DNA of 64,000 nt from an uncultured Desulfovibrionaceae bacterium (lineage in GTDB: Bacteria; Desulfobacterota; Desulfovibrionia; Desulfovibrionales; Desulfovibrionaceae). The translations under genes were made by a program, and so were the position numbers. Below are positions 1 to 8,209 of this stretch, piece after piece. The notes below the pieces were generated by a model. That model was not told the DNA's origin and made no database searches. It worked only from the letters and a program-made list of their open reading frames with translations. The stretch covers positions 32,907-96,906 of the forward strand of contig CAYJEN010000001.1 in assembly GCA_964369185.1 (NCBI GenBank), read 5' to 3'. Positions within the stretch are counted from its first letter, which is position 1; each line of letters starts with the position of its first letter.

Positions 1-3000
1 AAATAGCCTCACTCAATAACTTAGAAACACTTGACATATTTTTACCGTCGTTTGTTTCTTCATTGAATATCTTTGTAAGTTCTGTGTTTACTTCTGAATT
101 CCCCTTACAAACCATTCTCATTGAGTCAAGCATAGTTTTTGGCGAAAGGTGGTCGCACAAGATTGAACCATCTTTTGAAATATATACCATATAAAAAGGG
201 TGTAGCCTATTTTTACTTTGTATATGTATGTCTTTATTGATGTTTTTCAAAATAAAGATAATCCCTTCTTCGGAGCTTTCCTTTTTCTGTGCAAGAGCAT
301 GAAGTCCGTAAGGAGCTTTTTCTATATCGTTGTTATCTTTTATATAGTCGAGCAAATCCATTCTGAACTCATTCAAGCCTAAGTCCATAATAGAAATACC
401 GCCGTTTATATCCTCTAAATCAACAACTTCATCTTGAAGCTTTTCAAGTTGTTTTTTACGGTATTCAAGGTCTATTTTTTCTTCGTCTGAAATGATGTTG
501 TCATCGCCTGTAGCCGTCATATCAACGATTTTCATTCTTGTTTCGACTCTTGACTTTAGATTAATATATTCATCTAATGAAATATCAGGCCAAAAATTAA
601 GAAGCTGAATAACAGAATTTTCACTGCCTATGCGGTCAATACGTCCAAAGCGTTGAATGATACGTACAGGATTCCAATGTATATCATAATTTATAAGGTA
701 ATCACAATCCTGCAAATTTTGCCCTTCTGAAATACAATCTGTTGCTATGAGGATGTCAATAGTATCAGTATTATTCGGCATGGTAAGATGCTTTTCTTTT
801 GATTTAGGCGAAAAACAAGAAAGCACTTCATTGAGATTTGCTTTGAATTTTGGAATTGTTGTTCTGCCATCAACACTACCTGTTATCATCGCTGTGTTGA
901 GATTATACTTTTCTTTTATAATTTGGCTTACATTATCATAGAGATAGCTTGCCGTATCAGCAAAAGCTGTGAATATAATAATCTTTTTATTATCATTATT
1001 TATAGGATTTTTGATTTTATCGTCAATCACGGAAAACAATTCTTGAAGTTTTGCATCATGTTTTGGAGTGATTAGATATATTAAATCAGCAAGTTCTTGT
1101 AAAACAAGTAAATCATGTTCTAAATTTCTTTTCCATGAAGTGTAGTCCATATCTTCAAGTTTTACTTTTACATCTTTCCCGACAGAAAAGAAGTTCATAT
1201 TTTGATCGTCAATGTCATAATCTTCTTGTCTTTCAGAAGAAATATCTGTGAGCAAAATAGTTTTAGCTTCACGAGTAGCTTCAAAATCTTCAATATTTTT
1301 TATAACGCCATCAATCAAATCTTTAATTCTTGATAGAGTAAGACTAAATGCATAGACAGAGCTTTCCATTCTTTTCATTAGGTTGATAGCAGTAAGTTTT
1401 TTAATACCTTGTTCACGCCCTTTTGCAAAGTCTATATCTTTATTGAAGAGTTGATCTGCGTATTTTTGCCTTTTGCTTGGCTGCACATAAAAGAGCGGTG
1501 TATAGACAGCTAAAGTAAGCTTCATAAGATTATCAAAAATGATATTATATGAAATGGCATTATCAAGATTTGTTAAAGGGGGACGTTTTGAGATAGGCTT
1601 GTTCCTTGTTGGAAATGTGCCTATATCAGTCATATCGTAATGTTTTTCTATTTGCTTTCTTGAGCGTGCTATTGTCACACTATCTAAGACTTCAAAGAAA
1701 TCGAAATCAAGCATTTTTTGAAGCTCTGTAGTAGTTCGCTCAGCTACGGGAAGATTACTCCAAATATTGAAAACCCTTTGAGCTGTCCTAAAAATATCGT
1801 TTATGGAATGCTTTGTATTAAGCTTAGTGTCAATATTCTCCACATCACCTTCATAGGCCAAAGCAAGCTGATTTTTTAAGTCGTTGAAGCGGTTATTAAC
1901 AGGCGTTGCGGAAAGCATAAGAATTTTTGTCTGAATACCTGCTTTAATAACTTGATTCAAAAGCATAGTGTAGCGATTTTCTTTGTCATTTTCCTTAGTT
2001 TTTATTTCTCCGCCATTTCTGAAATTATGACTTTCATCAATGACAATCAAACCAAAGTTTGCCCAATTGAGTTTAGACAAATCAATACCGTTCGAGAAAC
2101 CTTTTTCTCTGCCTAAGTCTGTATGATAAAGAACCGTATAGGAAAATCTATCGCCTTGTAAAATATTGTTAACGTAGTTTCCTTTATAGGTGTTCCAGTT
2201 GTCAGCAAGTTTTTTTGGGCAAAGCACAAGCACGTCTTTATTTCTGCTTTCATAATACTTTATAACTGAAAGAGCCGTAAACGTTTTACCAAGTCCAACG
2301 CTATCTGCTAGAATACAGCCATTATACTTTTCAAGCTTTGTAATAATACCAAGAGCAGCATCTTTTTGAAAGTTGTAAAGCTTATTCCAAATAAGGCTTT
2401 CTTTAAAACCAAGCGCCTCGTTTGGAAGCACATCTTCTGAAATATCTTCTAAAAACTCATTAAAAATATGATATAGGGTGAGGAAATAGATATATTCAGG
2501 GGAATTTTCTTTATATACAGCAGTTATATTGTTAATGACCTCATCGGTAACATCTAAGAGTTTTTCCTTGTCATTCCATAGCTGAGTAAATAGATCCAAG
2601 TAATGTTTATTACTTGGTGAAGCTATACGATTAACGACATTGTACGCGTTATTTCCTCGTTCACTACCAATTTCAACGGTTGTAAATCCATTTATAGGAG
2701 TGTATGTGTATTGTTTTTCAATACCGTCAATGTTTGCCTCAGTATTCAAGAAGCCTTGCATAAATTGAGAAGTTACATTAGATTTAAACGTAACTTTCTT
2801 TCGTATCCAGTCAGCACATTCTTTGGCTATCGCTTTTTGACTAAGTTCGTTACGAAGCTTTACTTCAAATTCAGAACCATAAAGTGAACGTTCACGATTT
2901 AATTGTGGAATATAAAATTCTCTTTTTTCTTTAGGGGCTTTTTCGTTCGTAAAGGTCGGTGAAGTAAATATAAAGTCAAGTTGCTTTACTTGTTTTAGTC

Positions 3001-3634
3001 TTCTTTTTAATTCTTCATACGCAAAAATAGAAAAAGAATCAGAAGCAATAGATACTTTTGCTCCTTTTTTTATTGTCTTTTCTAAATCATCTCTTACAAT
3101 ATTGTTTATATTGTCAAAAATCTTAATTACATCAGTGTCTTGAGGTGCTAAGTTGACGATTTGTTTTTGATTTTTTCTTGCATAGTCAACAGTATATTCT
3201 GTTCCACCTAGTTTTCCGTCATAATAACAAATGAGCAAAGAAGAATTATCAACAAGATATTCATTTCTTAAGTAATACGCTCCTCGGCTATAATTTTCAG
3301 CAAGGGTAATAATTTCACTTGCATTATCAGTTAGCAGATTATATTCTTTTGATATTCTTTCTTCATCATTATCGGTTTTTGCAAAAGGAAGTACACAAAC
3401 AAGCTTTATATGAGAATAGATTTTCTTTAGCTCAACAACAGCTTCGCCTGCGTAAGTATCAAAACCATTTGCCATACCCACGAGAAAAGTATCATACCCC
3501 ATATCAATCGCTTGACTGACAGCATCAACTAAGCTTTTCTTGATAGTCTTCACTTCAAGGGAATTTTCATCACCTTGATTCGGGAGTTTAGCAGGTCTAT
3601 ATCCACTAAATGATACTGTTTTTTCTATTTGCAT
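1..3634 (-). CDS. SLOG (YpsA/DUF1273-type) + PLD-like N-domain + SNF2-family helicase fusion protein, C-terminus truncated by window edge
   Basis: Hand translation of the reverse strand from ATG 3634 stays open to position 1. The track lists no minus-strand ORF here, as expected for an ORF with no stop inside the window (same as hypF at the right edge). N-terminus: MQIEKTVSFSGYRPAKL...GMANGFDTYAGEAV...LPF...RNEYLVDNSSLLICYYDGKLGGTEYTV (YpsA-like). SNF2 motifs: ILADSVGLGKT, VIDESHNFRN, MLSATPVNN, QRFGRIDRIG. Confidence 0.8.
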   Translation of the reverse strand, partial: MQIEKTVSFSGYRPAKLPNQGDENSLEVKTIKKSLVDAVSQAIDMGYDTFLVGMANGFDTYAGEAVVELKKIYSHIKLVCVLPFAKTDNDEERISKEYNLLTDNASEIITLAENYSRGAYYLRNEYLVDNSSLLICYYDGKLGGTEYTVDYARKNQKQIVNLAPQDTDVIKIFDNINNIVRDDLEKTIKKGAKVSIASDSFSIFAYEELKRRLKQVKQLDFIFTSPTFTNEKAPKEKREFYIPQLNRERSLYGSEFEVKLRNELSQKAIAKECADWIRKKVTFKSNVTSQFMQGFLNTEANIDGIEKQYTYTPINGFTTVEIGSERGNNAYNVVNRIASPSNKHYLDLFTQLWNDKEKLLDVTDEVINNITAVYKENSPEYIYFLTLYHIFNEFLEDISEDVLPNEALGFKESLIWNKLYNFQKDAALGIITKLEKYNGCILADSVGLGKTFTALSVIKYYESRNKDVLVLCPKKLADNWNTYKGNYVNNILQGDRFSYTVLYHTDLGREKGFSNGIDLSKLNWANFGLIVIDESHNFRNGGEIKTKENDKENRYTMLLNQVIKAGIQTKILMLSATPVNNRFNDLKNQLALAYEGDVENIDTKLNTKHSINDIFRTAQRVFNIWSNLPVAERTTTELQKMLDFDFFEVLDSVTIARSRKQIEKHYDMTDIGTFPTRNKPISKRPPLTNLDNAISYNIIFDNLMKLTLAVYTPLFYVQPSKRQKYADQLFNKDIDFAKGREQGIKKLTAINLMKRMESSVYAFSLTLSRIKDLIDGVIKNIEDFEATREAKTILLTDISSERQEDYDIDDQNMNFFSVGKDVKVKLEDMDYTSWKRNLEHDLLVLQELADLIYLITPKHDAKLQELFSVIDDKIKNPINNDNKKIIIFTAFADTASYLYDNVSQIIKEKYNLNTAMITGSVDGRTTIPKFKANLNEVLSCFSPKSKEKHLTMPNNTDTIDILIATDCISEGQNLQDCDYLINYDIHWNPVRIIQRFGRIDRIGSENSVIQLLNFWPDISLDEYINLKSRVETRMKIVDMTATGDDNIISDEEKIDLEYRKKQLEKLQDEVVDLEDINGGISIMDLGLNEFRMDLLDYIKDNNDIEKAPYGLHALAQKKESSEEGIIFILKNINKDIHIQSKNRLHPFYMVYISKDGSILCDHLSPKTMLDSMRMVCKGNSEVNTELTKIFNEETNDGKNMSSVSKLLSEAI

Positions 3635-3661
3635 ATATAGTCTCTACATAAAGTTAATGTG

Positions 3662-4534
3662 TTATGCTCTCTTACTTATACAGTATTTGCGAACTATGTA
3701 CCATAATATTATACCTACTAAAGAGAGAAACATTAGAAATATTATATAGATATCACTTGTCTCATGAAGAATAATGGCCGAATATATGAGTAGTATAAGC
3801 CAGCCCATAGTTACAATATATGCAGATGCAATTGTTAGTTTCGAAATAGACGCAACTACTGGAGCTCTTGGATTATGCGAAACAACTTTATGAAGGTTAC
3901 CCGTTACGTAGTACTCTAGCTTGTCAATATGTTTTTCCCAGTTTTCATACCACCTTTTTGAGCTTTTAGCAACCTCAATCCAAAATGTTGAAATCATAAA
4001 ACCAATATAGGCAACAATAGTAAGTGAAACTGGTAGAAAAAAATCAATATTTGAGATGATATTTTGATTTTTTTGTAAGTCGTCTGTTAGGAATTTAAAG
4101 GTGAAACTATATACACCAAAAATGAATGCTATCATTACCCAATAGTAAGTTGCTCGTTTCCACAAGAGTTCAATTTCAAACTTTCTTATGTCGTGTGCTT
4201 TTTCGAGAGCTTTTTCAATTTTCCTTTGGATAGTTTTTATATCTTGGTCTTCTAAATTTCCGAACATTTCTTCAAAATACTTTGCATCATCTAAGGGACG
4301 TTTTTCACCGTTTATATTTATCGTCCATCTCTCATAGACTTTATAATTGCCTTTTCTATTTTTAAATATACAGCCTAAAATAAAACCAATAAAAAATGTA
4401 AGTAGTACCAAAGGTAGCAGGGCATATATATTAAGTAAGAGCAATGTTATAAACAACAGAAAGAATAGTATAGCAAGAAAAAAACAGTCTAGTGTATTTG
4501 TTTTACTATTACAATGAACTTCATCTTTTTCCAT
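3662..4534 (-). CDS. Multi-pass membrane protein, unknown function (candidate membrane effector partnered with the SLOG-SNF2 gene)
   Basis: 290-aa ORF. Two N-terminal TM helices, a ~75-aa charged helical linker (KIEKALEKAHDIRKFEIELLWKR), then 4-5 more hydrophobic helices. SD AAGGAG before the ATG. Stops 27 bp before the helicase start on the same strand. Confidence 0.65.
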   Translation of the reverse strand: MEKDEVHCNSKTNTLDCFFLAILFFLLFITLLLLNIYALLPLVLLTFFIGFILGCIFKNRKGNYKVYERWTININGEKRPLDDAKYFEEMFGNLEDQDIKTIQRKIEKALEKAHDIRKFEIELLWKRATYYWVMIAFIFGVYSFTFKFLTDDLQKNQNIISNIDFFLPVSLTIVAYIGFMISTFWIEVAKSSKRWYENWEKHIDKLEYYVTGNLHKVVSHNPRAPVVASISKLTIASAYIVTMGWLILLIYSAIILHETSDIYIIFLMFLSLVGIILWYIVRKYCISKRA

Positions 4535-4821
4535 AATATTACTCCTTAGTAGTGATTAGAAAATTGCGCTGAAATTTTTGATTATTTTGATATTGCTTTT
4601 GCTAGGTGAAAACATATACTAATGTTGGTGTAAGTTTAATAACTTGGATAGTTTAAAAAGCTTTAAACATACATAAATGAAAAGAAAGGCTAAAATCTTA
4701 TTATATACATTTATCACTCCCAAAAAAATGTTCAAATAGTAAAAAATAATGAAACATATAATATATTATATTGTATATTATAATTTTAGCAAAATTTATA
4801 AAATTTGTAAATCTCACAATA

Positions 4822-6315
4822 TCACCTCCCCAGATCTAAATTAACCTCCTTATGACTTCTATCTTCCATGCGAATTCCCCGCATGATTTCATACTGCTTA
4901 CCTATATCCTTTGCATTTTTGGTAGTAGTGACCTTGCGCCCGTAGTCTATGACTTTTGCTCCGTCGGAAAAAGTAAAGAGAATTGCTCCATTTGGAGTAA
5001 TTTTATAGATAAAATCAAGTTCTGTACTTGCTTTCATGTCGGCTACAGCAAACAAAATATTTTTAGACTTAGATGTGAAATCAAGACTCGATATTTCTTT
5101 TTTTGTCGACCAGTTTTCATGGCTTTGTTTCAAGGAATTAAGAACAGTACCTTTAGCTCTAAGATCAAGTTTTTTGTGAGTAGGGGAGTTTTGTTTGCGG
5201 AGCACTTCTAAAGCCTCTTCATTGCCTTCTGTAGCTTTTTTTATAAGGAAATCCTGCCAATTACTGCTATCGACAGTCAGGTTTTGTCGTAGCTCATTTA
5301 TTTCAAGCTGTTTCTTGATTTTGACTTGTTTTAGTAGTTCAAATTGAGTCCTTTTACTAACTGCAAGTCCACTAAGTCGTAATTCTTCCTTGAACCACTT
5401 CTGCTTGATTTTATTGATTTCTTCAAGCTTTGTTGTCTGAACAAACTCTCTCCAAAGTAAACTTTTATAATCGATTGCAAGCGGTTTTCTTTTATACCAA
5501 TCTTTAGCTTTGATATCTTGATTACTTGCTTGGTAGTTACCAAAACGTTCAGTCATTTTTTTATAGGAAAGTTCACGGTTAAATTTACTTGCTTTCAAGG
5601 ATTGTTTTCCTTCTTTATTCTTGATAGATAGACCATTTGCTCGTGGTTTTATTTCAAGTCCATATTGTCCAAAGACTTGATGAACCTCTTCCCAAGAATT
5701 TAGATTCTCAAGTTGTTCTATAATCTCGTCATGCTTACCCATCACAAAACGCTCAAAGCTTTCTTCGCCTGTAAGGCTTTCTTTAGTCGCTGAACCTTGT
5801 GAAAGCTTAGGGGAGTCATCTAATGGATCAATACCGTTATCTATGGAAAGTCCGTATTCTCGCTCTAGTTGACGGCACAAAATATCACGAGATTTGTAAT
5901 CTTGAAAAGGTTCGTGTCTTGTAAGTTTATCAATGTGAATCATATTGTAGGCTATATGCATGTGAATATTATCAGTATTTATATGTACCCCACAATGTCT
6001 TTGATGCTCTGTAAAGCCAAGTATTTCTGCAAAGCGTTTTTCTATGCTTTTGAAGTCGTCAGAGGTGAGCTTATCTTCATCTTCCATACGGAATGATATC
6101 AGTAAATGATATGTTTTTTCTTTTTTAGTTCGAGTATTTAGCTCTTGAGTTGCTTCGACTTCTTCAATTGCAAGATTGTAATCGTCACTATTCCACGCAC
6201 CTGCAACCCATGAAAGCAAACACTTTTCCCCTTTATGACTTGCATCGGCAATATAGTTTGCAAGTCTGCGGTAGTTATCATTTTCCGCTTTACAGGTTAT
6301 ATGCTTACTAATCAT
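4822..6315 (-). CDS. traI: Conjugative/mobilization relaxase, RP4 TraI-like (MOBP family)
   Basis: N-terminus MISKHITCKAENDNYRRLANYIAD... (candidate catalytic Tyr), TYHLLISFR, and the His triad HINTDNIHMHIAYN. Closely parallels the RP4 TraI N-terminal relaxase domain as I recall it. 4-bp overlap with the upstream accessory gene. Confidence 0.85.
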   Translation of the reverse strand: MISKHITCKAENDNYRRLANYIADASHKGEKCLLSWVAGAWNSDDYNLAIEEVEATQELNTRTKKEKTYHLLISFRMEDEDKLTSDDFKSIEKRFAEILGFTEHQRHCGVHINTDNIHMHIAYNMIHIDKLTRHEPFQDYKSRDILCRQLEREYGLSIDNGIDPLDDSPKLSQGSATKESLTGEESFERFVMGKHDEIIEQLENLNSWEEVHQVFGQYGLEIKPRANGLSIKNKEGKQSLKASKFNRELSYKKMTERFGNYQASNQDIKAKDWYKRKPLAIDYKSLLWREFVQTTKLEEINKIKQKWFKEELRLSGLAVSKRTQFELLKQVKIKKQLEINELRQNLTVDSSNWQDFLIKKATEGNEEALEVLRKQNSPTHKKLDLRAKGTVLNSLKQSHENWSTKKEISSLDFTSKSKNILFAVADMKASTELDFIYKITPNGAILFTFSDGAKVIDYGRKVTTTKNAKDIGKQYEIMRGIRMEDRSHKEVNLDLGR

Positions 6316-6632
6316 ATTCTTCTGAGAGCCCTTTTTAATTCAAGCTGCCTTCTTTCTATTTCCTTTAGTAGAGGGCGAAAATCTTGTGGGTTATCCTTTT
6401 CGGTTATTGCAAGCTTTAAAAGACCGCCAAGTCGACCTAAGTCCCCATTGATTTTCAATAATTCTCTTCTTGCCTGTGCATCTTCACGGCTTACTACAGG
6501 AGTTCCAAGGCATACTGCTCGTGCAAAACTTGAGATTGTCATACCTGCACGACTGCTTGAGTCAATGATTTGTTGGTATTCATTTTTTGTGAGGTAAACC
6601 CTCATCATAATTTCTCTAATTTCTTTCTTCAT
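6312..6632 (-). CDS. traJ: Relaxosome accessory DNA-binding protein (TraJ/MobC-like, RHH type)
   Basis: 106 aa, directly upstream of and overlapping the relaxase. The motif INGDLGRLGGLLKL matches what I recall from RP4 TraJ. Placed between the oriT-like site and the relaxase. Confidence 0.7.
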   Translation of the reverse strand: MKKEIREIMMRVYLTKNEYQQIIDSSSRAGMTISSFARAVCLGTPVVSREDAQARRELLKINGDLGRLGGLLKLAITEKDNPQDFRPLLKEIERRQLELKRALRRI

Positions 6633-6717
6633 TTTTCCTCTTTCTTATCACGTTGAGCTTTAGCGAATAAGGCAAACTCGATTATTATCGAGCAGGCTAT
6701 AAAGTTGCTTCTTTAAA

Positions 6718-6745
6718 AAAGTAAGCTTACTTTATCTGTCCTGCC
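6718..6745 (+). other. Candidate oriT core: 16-bp perfect palindrome plus RP4-type nick motif (predicted nick between 6743 and 6744)
   Basis: AAAGTAAGCTTACTTT (6718-6733) followed by ATCTGTCCTG|CC. Compare the RP4 nic region, ..CTTCACCTATCCTG|CCC, recalled from memory. Lies upstream of the traJ-like gene, as in RP4. Confidence 0.55.
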
Positions 6746-6971
6746 TTTTGGATTTGAGGAGCATTATAACAAAAAAAGGAAAATAATGATAGTGTTTATC
6801 AAAACTTTCCTTTTATTCGTAGGTATTCTCTGAATTGGTTTGATTTTTTGATAGATTGCCTTAGAAGTGCTTTATTTTGCTTTGTTTTAGCCTTATTTAT
6901 TCAAAAAAAATCAAATTCTTACTCTTGAGTGATATTTTTTATATAAACTAGTTCTTCGTAGCAAAGATTAT

Positions 6972-7000
6972 TTGCAAATAAAAAATATACAGATTATAAT
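6972..7000 (+). promoter_or_regulatory. Sigma70-like promoter for the nuclease-domain gene
   Basis: TTGCAA (6972-6977), 17-nt spacer, TATAAT (6995-7000). A small inverted repeat GCAAA-GATTA-TTTGC overlaps the -35. Confidence 0.4.
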
Positions 7001-7044
7001 AAATAAAGAAGTAAAATAAACTGATTTAAATACATGGAGGAAAT

Positions 7045-8103
7045 ATGTCAAAAAGTAAGACTCCAATTATCTTTTTCAACATAGGGTGGATGAAGAACTA
7101 TCAAGGTCAGACAAAAGAAGATATGGTAATTTCAAATTTTGGCTATGTTGTTGAAAATAAGACTGGGCATGAACAATTTAATTTTTTGGAAAAAGATGGA
7201 GATGTGTTTGGATATGTACCTCTAAAGTGGTATAAAGGTAATAAACCTACAAAGATTGGAATTGAAAGATTAGGTGCAGGAAGCAAAGATGCTTTTATAG
7301 AAGGTGTGACTGTTGTTTTTATTTCAAAAAATCCTTACGCAAAAGGTACAAGAGTTGTTGGTTGGTATCAAAATGCAACAGTTTATAGAGAACCAAAACC
7401 TCTTGAAGATAGGCTTATTCAAGGGCATTCGCAATATTACTATGCTCGTGCAGACAAAGAAAACTGTTTTTGTATACCAGAAGATGAGAGAGAAATACTA
7501 ATACCTACTGCCGAAAAAAATAAAGAAAAAGTGAAAAAAAAAGGAGGCTATGGACAAACTCCAATTTGGTACGCAAGCGATCGTTTAGATGTTCAAAAAA
7601 TGGTTTTAACATATATTGATGATATTCAGAAAAAAGAAAGAACACTAAAAGTAAGTGAAGATGATTTTTTTAGGATAAAACTATCACAAGAAGATAAAAA
7701 AAAGATTGAAATAGTAGCTGTAGATACAGTTATTAAGAGCTATCAAGGCAAAGGTTATGAGGTTGTTAGTACTGAATCTGAGAACTGTGGCTGGGATTTA
7801 GTTGCTATGAAGGGTAAAAAAGAAGTTTATATTGAAGTCAAAGGTACCGCTGGAAAACAACTGTCGTTTCAGCTTACTCATAATGAGTACACTCAATTAA
7901 AAGAGAACTATGAAAAATACAGAATTGCATTTGTAAAAGATTGTCTACGTAAACCTCACTTGGAAATATACCGTATAGAGCGAGTCAAAAATAATAAAAA
8001 GATTGTATATAAAGGGGTAAAAATCACGAAAAAAGAAGAAAAGATATTCTACCTTACGGAACGGGTAGAAACTACAGCCTTCCCTACAGCAATTATAAAG
8101 TAA
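7045..8103 (+). CDS. Uncharacterised N-terminal domain fused to a PD-(D/E)xK nuclease domain (DUF3883-like); candidate restriction/defence nuclease
   Basis: 352 aa with SD GGAGG. C-terminus GWDLVAMKGKKEVYIEVKGTAGKQLSFQLTHNEYTQLKENYEKYRIAFV carries the D...E-x-K core and the layout I associate with DUF3883. The N-terminal ~200 aa (IIFFNIGWMKNYQG...GHEQFNF...RVVGWYQNATVY) is unassigned. Confidence 0.6.
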   Translation: MSKSKTPIIFFNIGWMKNYQGQTKEDMVISNFGYVVENKTGHEQFNFLEKDGDVFGYVPLKWYKGNKPTKIGIERLGAGSKDAFIEGVTVVFISKNPYAKGTRVVGWYQNATVYREPKPLEDRLIQGHSQYYYARADKENCFCIPEDEREILIPTAEKNKEKVKKKGGYGQTPIWYASDRLDVQKMVLTYIDDIQKKERTLKVSEDDFFRIKLSQEDKKKIEIVAVDTVIKSYQGKGYEVVSTESENCGWDLVAMKGKKEVYIEVKGTAGKQLSFQLTHNEYTQLKENYEKYRIAFVKDCLRKPHLEIYRIERVKNNKKIVYKGVKITKKEEKIFYLTERVETTAFPTAIIK

Positions 8104-8163
8104 GTAAGAAGGTACAGAGTGAATTTAGAGTATAATAAAGCCCATTATGCGAACCTATAGTAT

Positions 8164-8205
8164 TCTCAAAACACCTTTATTCTAAAGAGTAAAGGTGTTT
8201 TGAGA
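8164..8205. terminator. Bidirectional hairpin between convergent genes
   Basis: 16-bp perfect stem: TCTCAAAACACCTTTA / TAAAGGTGTTTTGAGA. Confidence 0.6.
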
Positions 8206-8209
8206 TTTA

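Noticed and set aside
747-941. Plus-strand ORFs (747-941 and 3319-3519) inside the helicase region
   Set aside because: They lie antisense to a long uninterrupted minus-strand ORF with clear SNF2 and SLOG motifs. Their translations are low-complexity and hydrophobic, with no motifs, so they are shadow ORFs.
4852-6597. ORFs 4852-5211(+), 5331-5543(-), 5869-6096(+) and 6235-6597(+) overlapping the relaxase and traJ-like genes
   Set aside because: They are antisense or out of frame relative to genes with strong family motifs. No SD sequences or recognisable domains.
6786-6833. 15-aa hydrophobic mini-ORF (MIVFIKTFLLFVGIL) with an AGGAAAA SD-like sequence in the oriT region; considered as a type I toxin-like peptide
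   Set aside because: Too short and too easily produced by T-rich DNA. No antisense RNA features or conservation can be assessed, so I do not report it as a gene.
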